From assembly GCA_030248215.1 (NCBI GenBank), contig JASANG010003810.1:124001-188000 (forward strand): a DNA stretch of 64,000 nucleotides. Reading direction: 5' to 3'. The notes under the pieces are model-generated. The model searched no databases, was not told the DNA's origin, and saw nothing but the letters and a program-made list of their open reading frames with translations. A program made the position numbers and the translations under genes. This document shows positions 56,571-64,000 of this stretch, piece by piece. Position 1 is the stretch's first letter. Every line of letters starts with the position of its first letter. The DNA is from Enoplolaimus lenunculus (lineage: Eukaryota).

Positions 56571-58188
56571 AATATTTCAATAATTATACATTTTAAAAAC
56601 CCGTTTCAAAGTTATATGTTAAATATTTGCTCAAAAATGAAACAAAATTGCTAATGTATTTTCGATTCGCAGATTTACAAAACTGTTCTCAATACAGCAA
56701 ATTCGTTGAATTTTTGAGCCACAAAAATTTTGACAGAAAAATTTAAAAACTGTTCACCTGAAGTTTGAGTTATTTATCTTATGTTCGGTGAAAATGTATG
56801 TTACAAATGCGTCATTGTACAGGATATATATCGACAGCTGTAATTCTGATACCACGTACACGGTAAATTCCAATGAATTGATTTATCAACTCAGCCAGCG
56901 AGTTAATTATTTCTGAGTTAATAGCAATAAGCATTAACGCACTCTGAGTTGAGTTGATTTTCAGTCTCAGTTGATTTGATTCCGAGGGAGTTGATCAGCT
57001 AATTCATATTGAGTTGCATCAACTCACAATTCTGAGTTCTGATAGTCCTAACTCAGACTGAATAATTCAAGTCATTCTGAGTTAAAATCAGCTCACTGGA
57101 ATTTACAGTGTAAATTTATAATTTGATTGTTTTGCACTTGCTGTATTCAGCTCAAAATGTTTTAAAGACGGTTGTTGAAATAAATTATTTTCAAACTATT
57201 GAATAATATTTGAACAGGCGCTTCGATAAGCAATGATTTTATCTCATTGAATAATGGAGAAGAGAGTTCTGCAATGGTAATTGTTTCTACTCAGCTGGTA
57301 AGCATTTTTGAAATGGTAAGGTTTTACAAACACTTCAGATAGAAGAATAACTCAAAAAAAGTATCAAGTTTCTCTATTTTTTTACCCGATTTCAAAGTTC
57401 AAATTTTAAAACCTTCTTTAAAAACTGGTTAATTTTAGGTTCTTCAACGTCTTTTGGTTTTAATAGAGCAAAATATCGGGCGAATAATATACTAATGTTG
57501 GCCAATGTCACTTTAAGGGGCGTAACAGTGGATTAAGCGTACTGTAAGCCTAAGCCTAAGCCTAAGCGTTGCAAAAATGTGTTCCTAAGCCTAAGCCTAA
57601 CTAAGCAAAAAATGTAATTTAGAATCTAAACCAACTCTTTTATGGACCCACGAGAAACGTGGACGCCGCTTAAAGTAATATGTGCCCTACCCCTAATGTT
57701 TGTTTGGACGTGGAACATAGTGGTATTTTTTTGGAAAAGTTTCAGCTATCGTTGAAATTTTGGGCCCATGTAAGTATCACGGGTGGACAATTTTTCCATG
57801 CGACCACTTTGGATTTAAACCTTAAGCTCCATTCACACGTTCAAGTTTTTGCAGCGAGAACTCGCAGCTGCAACTTGGGCGAAATACTTGTAGCTGCACG
57901 TATTTTCAAAAGAACATTTCGATTTACAAATAGAACTGCAGGTGCAAGAAATTCAAGCGACTTGCAACTACGTTCACAGGTGCGAATTAAATAAAGCAGC
58001 ATAAATTGCAGTGAATAAATTTGCAGCTGTTAGAACTTCAAAGCTGTTTTGTGACCAAACTTGCGCGTGCAAGTTGCACCTGTAAGCTTTTGCTGCAAAA
58101 AATTGCAAGTGTTATAATAGTGCTTTAAACTGTACACAATTGTTTTGCTTTTGGCTCATACTTAGATATAGGCTCTGTTTCAAGTCCT

Positions 58189-58389
58189 GGCCCATGTATA
58201 GAACAGGGCCGGAACAGTAGTATAAGCTTATTCCTAAGCCTAAGCCTAAGCCTAAGCGTATGGATGAGCCCATTCCTAAGCCTAAGGGTAAGCCTAAGCC
58301 TAAGCCTAAGCAAAGAATTTAGTCTAAACTTAAACTGACTGTATTATAGCCCCTCCGGAAAACGATCCAGCCTGTTCAATACATGGGTC
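58189..58389 (-). mobile_element. TTAGGC-containing MITE, 8-bp TSD CAAGTCCT
   Basis: CAAGTCCT on both flanks; (GCCTAA)n. Confidence 0.9.
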
Positions 58390-58849
58390 CAAGTCCTCAT
58401 AGCACATGGAATATGGGATTTTCACCCCGATGCTGATAAGACCCAGATTTCTATATCAACTGAATAGCATCAAAGAAAACAACACCATAAATAAATGCTT
58501 AATATTACATTTCGCCAATCCTTTCCTTAAAATTGTGCCCAAAGTTAAAACGAACCACACCAAACGAATAAATTTTAGAGAACAATGCAAAATTTCACGA
58601 CCAAAACTTCCTGAACGTTCGACGAAAACTTTACTCAAGCCGAAAGCGGATGTCGACTTTCTGCCGGAGGCGGAGACCGTTTTCCGGTTGTACCCCGGTA
58701 CATAAACGATAGATAACACGGTTCATTCAAAGATCAGGGGCGGAACTTTTTTCTACGAGACTGCAAAAGACTAGGTTTAAGCTTTAAACAATTTTTTTAA
58801 TTAGGCTTAATATGTTTAGGCTTAAATTTAGGCTCGTTCTTACGCTTAA

Positions 58850-59112
58850 CCCTTTGTTAGATAAATATTTGCAATTTTACATGAGATGTAATTTCAATGT
58901 GAAGTTCGAACCCCAGTCTCACGGGTGGGAGGCGTTTACGATGACGACTGAGCTATAGGAGCTTGACGCTCGAGCCCGAGGGTGTTCTCACGTCTTGTGG
59001 AGATTTTACACTGCGCATATATGTTATAAATGTTAAACACTACTCACAGTGTGTGTATTGCTCGTACATTAATGCATTTAGTTGCTCATAGTATACTCTA
59101 TGAGTGAAAGGG
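58850..59112 (-). mobile_element. piggyBac-type MITE carrying a hairpin and tRNA-like cassette (copy C), inserted at the TTAA of a TTAGGC MITE
   Basis: Reverse complement of copy A over nearly its whole length; TTAA|CCCTTT ... GAAAGGG|TTTA. Confidence 0.8.
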
Positions 59113-61462
59113 TTTAGCTTTACAAATTTATAGCAGTCAATTTTCAGGGGTGGCATACACTCGTTCACCCTATTACAAATCTGCTTCTAACATAATGTTT
59201 CATCCGCGAATCTCCTTAGAATTATAGTATCTCAGCTGTTTCTGTGTATATATTTTTGGTTAAACTCCCAAATGCTTCTTGCTATTTGGTTCTGATGAGG
59301 TTTTCTCTCAGTTTGGCTATAAAGATTTAAAAAGTGACAAAGTAACCACACTGGTTTAGGCCAATTCGAAGTGAAACCAAAAAAATGGCAAAGTTCAAAA
59401 CATTTTATCACCATTTCGATGGCTGGTTTACAGGTTGCTATAACCAGCTTGAGATCTCGACTTAAGCGGTTGTACTGCTAAAGGTTGGTATGAGCTGGCT
59501 TTAAGATTGTGTACTATTAATAGGACAGGTCAATGTTTGGCATATTTTCAGTGCCGGAACAAACTGTGGTTTGGGTTCTTCCCAAATTTCAGGGTGGGAA
59601 TCCTCAAACTCGCAGGCGAACCGAGCGAGAATTCAGACGCATTTTAAAAATTTCGGCGGTTTTTGTCTCAACAGGTTAGGGCGGAGGCCTATTTAGGGGC
59701 GCCATCCAAATGGGTGGAATGGGGGGTAGGTGCTCCGGTCCTGCGTATTTTGCATATTTGTGGTCACATGAAAACGATTCTACATTGAACACAAATGATA
59801 ATTTTAACTTTTGGAGCTGATAAATTTATTGTTTTCAAATTTTTGAGATATGTAACCAATTTTTAAGCATATGAGACATGCTTGTCCGGTATTTGCACAT
59901 GCAATATTATTGTAAACTCACGAACCCAAAATAAATTTTAAGGTACAGCTTTTCGGTTTTAGTATGCTAATCAAGTACTGGTTTTGGTGAGGTCAAAGCG
60001 AGGGCGGGCTTATAAGCCGACGCGGAATAGTTTATCAAAGATACTGAAGTCGCTTAAATTTGAATATGCAAAATAGCTGGCACTATAAATACTGCAGGAT
60101 TCGTTGATTATGAAGTCAGTTGTTACTTGGTAGGTTCTGGTGACTATTGAATATTGTGTTTAGTAAGCAGATATGGTTTGTATCCTGATGTTCAGAGTTA
60201 GCGTTTGGTTTTTGTTAACTTCGCTGGCCCATGCATAGAACAGGGCCGGATCGTTTTCCGGAGGGGCTATAATAGAGTTAGTTTAAGGTTTAGACTATTT
60301 TTTTGCTTAGGTTTAGGCTTAGGAATACACTCATCCATAAGCGCAGTGGTAGTGTTTTTCGTTCGTCTAAGGATATACAGGTTGCTGGTGCTAGTCATCT
60401 CTATTTATACAAAGCTTCCATAAAACGTTATCTCGGTATAAAATTAGGAGCTATGCCCTTTAACCACTGCGATTGTGTTTATAATTTTAATTGCACAACT
60501 TTTACCCCATCTTCATGTTAAATTAACGGTCTTATAGGCAGGGCCGGAGCAGCCACCCCCCATACCCCACATTTGGGGGCCCACCCCTAATGGGTCACCC
60601 ACCTTAGCCGGTTGAAACAAAAACCGTCGAGGTTTTAAGATGCGTCTTGCTTCTCGTTCGCTTCGCTCACGAGTTTGAGGCCCCCAGCCTGGAGTTTGGG
60701 GGAAGCCCAACCCCTGTCTGCTACGGCACTGCTTATTGGTTAACAATACGAAAGCGACTGTGTAAAATTTGACACATTTTTGTTGACCTAAAAATCATTT
60801 ACCATCAAAACTCAGTTACAGTTATAGCACTTAGTTCGTCCATACGCAACACTACTTACCACAGTACACAGATCGCATATTTATAAATACTGCACTGTAA
60901 ATTCCAGTGAATTGATTAATCAAATCAGAGAGAAGAATCAGTCATTTTTGGCTATTTCTCATCTAATAGCAGTAAACGTTAACTCATTATGAACTGATTT
61001 TATTCCGGGTGAGTTGATTAATTAACTCAGAATGATTTCAATCAATTCAGTATACTCAGGTTTGAGTGGCCTAACAGACTATGAGATTTAACCCATTCTG
61101 AATTCAAATCATATCGCAGGAATTTACAGTGTATGTATTGTATGTAATACATAAATACATCTATATATTGTATGTAATACATATTTTTTATCTATCTATC
61201 GATATAATTAAAGTTAGAACGCCTCACATACGTATTTTGGGCATTATTTCAGCTGATTATATAATATAATATATATGTAGCAAGTAGAATTTGTATAGGT
61301 TTGGTTTAAATATTTTTCTTTAACAAGATTTTTAGTTGTGTAGCGACATTCTTGCAGGAAATATATACCAAGTTGACTAGTAAATATTGTATACGACAAT
61401 ATTAAAATATTTAATTGCACAGACGTAAATGTTGTGTCAAATGGCAACTTTTCTTTGTTCCC

Positions 61463-63947
61463 ATGATTGGGATTGGAAACTCGACGTCTGACGAATCTTC
61501 GTACCCACCTTCTATTCATCTATCTTCAAGTGACAACTCCAGGTACGTTCGAAGTATTTTATATACTGTAGTGACGCGAATTAGAGGGGGACTGATATTT
61601 ATTTGGCCTCTCCAGAGGTTACCCCCTCTGTTATTCGGTTACGGACTGTTATTTATTTTTAACCCACGCTCCGCCAGCCTTCGTTACTGATATGTATCCG
61701 GTACTGCAACTATCCGTTGAATTAAACGTACTTGTCTAGTGTCGATAGCTTGAGCGATAATGCAAGGTTATACTCAGGATTGTACTATCAAAACCTAAGT
61801 ACGCTTCAAAGTTTCGAAGTCATTTACGCCCTATATATAGGGATAATTGACATTTATGGATTCTAATTGGGGGTCAGGGCCTCTATTCGCTTGCGGACTC
61901 TTATTAGGGATAGGGACTCCTATGGATGGGGAACCAAAATGGGGACCCCCCTCTTATTCGGGTCGCTACAGTACAGTGGAATTTCAGTTATCCGACGCGT
62001 TCATAAGCATTTTATTAACGAGTCAACAAATTTATGGTACAAAAGTCTCGGCCTCGATTGATATTAATATTTTTTAATTCACAGACTGTAGGAGTATCCT
62101 GTTTTGCTTTGAGACAGTGTGCACTGTAAATTTCAGTGAGTTGATTTATTAACTCAGAATGAGTTGAATCACTCAGTTTGAGGTAGGACTATCAGAACTC
62201 AGAATTTTGAGCTGATTCAACGCATTCTGAGTTAATTAACCAACCCACCCACAGTCAAATCAACTCAGATTGAGAATCAACTCAACTCAGAGTGAGTTTA
62301 ATGTTTACTGATATTAATTCAGAAATAACCAACTCGCTAACTGAATTGATTAATCAACTCATTGGAATTTACAACGTGTGTGACAACTTGCAGGTGCTAT
62401 ACTAATTTTAATAGCTAAGTAATTTTCAATTACGTAAAATGTGATTCACTTGTTTGAAGTTGTACTTATCGTCAACTGTTTTATATCGATGGATGCCAGC
62501 CAAGAACATGGCATCTGGCTCAAAACAGATTGTCAATTGAAAAACAAAAATTATGTCTTGACGTCCAAATTTTAAATTCTGAAATTTTCACGAATTCTGG
62601 ATTGTCTGTCTAAAACTGTACGCAACATTTCAGTGGTGACTCATCCGACGCTGATCCTGCTGAATTTTCATCGCCGTGGTGTTCCAGTTGTAGTCATCCT
62701 AGTCGTATCAATTGCTGGTGGGAGCAAACATCACTGCGATATCGTTCTGAAATCACACTTTCGACCACAGAAAACACCACCGCCCATATACCGTCGATTC
62801 ACGTCGAGACTCGGAGTCTGCTTGCAACAACCACTGCGACTAGTTGGCATTATGATTCACATCGTAGTGGCGCAACAACCGATGACGTCATCGAAATTCC
62901 ACATGACTTGGTTGATGACGACATTCAACATACACGTGACGAAATCAATGACGTCATCGATGTTCTAAATGATGGTACGTTGTATGGGTTCGTGATTTGC
63001 AGCGTCGGTGAAATCGTTTATGTAATTTGTAGTCTTGATAACGTCATCGCTGTTTTATAAATGACGCAACCAATAACGTCATTAAAACGTGGAGCCGAAT
63101 CCTCAGCTGTGTATAGCACTTATTGCCGGTTAATAATCCGCTTACAAATAAGCGAAGGGTGACAGCTCGGAATTTATCTACGCAGATGTAAACTGAATTG
63201 AATGCTAAATGTGCTAAATTTCAAACCTAATCAAGATGCTACGCAGATTTGAGGATGTATCCAGGCTGATATTCTGAGATAGCATCTATCACCGGTTAAC
63301 GTTTAGGTTTTTAAATTGATGAACTCCCACAGACCCGGATCTCAAAATTTGGGCAACAGTAGCGCTAGCCAACTGCGAAAAATGTGCTAAATTTCGAACC
63401 TCGCCATTCTTTGGTTCAAAAGTTACAAGACATATCGAAAACTGGTCACAAGTGCTACACACATTTGAGAATACTGCCAAACAAATATAACACCGTATTA
63501 ATAAAATAAATCGTCGATGTCCGTAGCAAGGAAACGTACCGAAAGAAATGACGTCATCGAAGCATCAAATGACGTGATTGACTTTGTGTTTCAGGTGACG
63601 ACAGCCAAACGTCACTGGTAGCACCATCCAGTCAGCGAACTTTTACAGATCAAAGGGTAACAAAATTTGCCGACAATTCAAATGATGAATCTTCAGTTGA
63701 AACCGTTCGTGCGCATGAATGTGGACGGAACGTAAATTTGCAACATCATCAACCCATTACTGATCAATTGCGGCCAATTTGGAACGACACAGTAACTGGT
63801 TAGTAACGCATGAGTTTGCACGACTGCGTAGCTTAGTGGTAATTGCGACGGACAGGTAGGGTAAACTTGGTTTAGTCCGTCACTTGGGTTAGTGCGGCAA
63901 TTCTAAGCAAAACTTGCTACTTGAATCTTTCAGATTACACCACATAG
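61463..63947 (+). CDS. Putative orphan Ser/Thr/Asp-rich protein; exons 61463(or 61423)-61542, 62634-62974, 63595-63798, possibly 63934-63947
   Basis: Three stop-free segments bounded by AG/GT join in phase: MIGIGNSTSDESSYPPS..SSGDSSDADPAEFSSPWCSSCSHPSRINCWWEQ..DVLNDGDDSQ..WNDTVT. No recognisable domain; start and last exon uncertain. Confidence 0.55.
61566..61971. mobile_element. TA-flanked MITE (CTGTAGTGAC.CGAAT.AGAGG TIR); fragments near 7730-8125, 10060-10415, 53810-54118
   Basis: TA|CTGTAGTGACGCGAATTAGAGGGG ... CCCCTCTTATTCGGGTCGCTACAG|TA; body shared with the other copies. Confidence 0.75.
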
Positions 63948-64000
63948 CCCTTAGATATATCATTTTGTTTGGCTTGATGCAACGCGTATTATGACGTAAT

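Noticed and set aside
63824..63900. A-box-like TAGCTTAGTGG plus a GACGGAC/GTCCGTC stem
   Set aside because: No B box or T arm; cannot support a tRNA or SINE call.

Overview
AT-rich, intron- and repeat-dense animal genomic DNA. It is most likely a nematode with a large genome (abundant TTAGGC telomere-type repeats, TTTTCAG-type acceptors); the species cannot be determined from the sequence alone. I reconstructed five spliced genes by hand: (1) the 5' half of a 4-coumarate-CoA ligase/luciferase-like acyl-CoA synthetase (- strand, 4 exons, 3' half not found in the window); (2) a complete NUDT2/Ap4A-hydrolase-type Nudix gene (-); (3) a long RhoGAP gene resembling ARHGAP11 (-); (4) an RDH11/12-like short-chain dehydrogenase (+, first exon not found); (5) an orphan Ser/Thr/Asp-rich gene (+). 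Most of the remaining sequence is transposon-derived: a dead piggyBac, an RNase H-bearing LINE remnant, a DINE-1/HINE-like Helentron, and many MITE families (piggyBac-, Merlin-, EnSpm-, hAT- and Harbinger-like). The two most unusual signals are a ~262-bp TTAA-flanked piggyBac-type MITE carrying a conserved hairpin plus a tRNA-Gly-like Pol III cassette (3 copies), and a very abundant GGCC-ended MITE with 8-bp TSDs whose interior is built from TTAGGC telomere repeats (~20 copies or fragments). I saw no prokaryote-type system (CRISPR, defence island). All superfamily assignments and exon boundaries are by eye and unverified.
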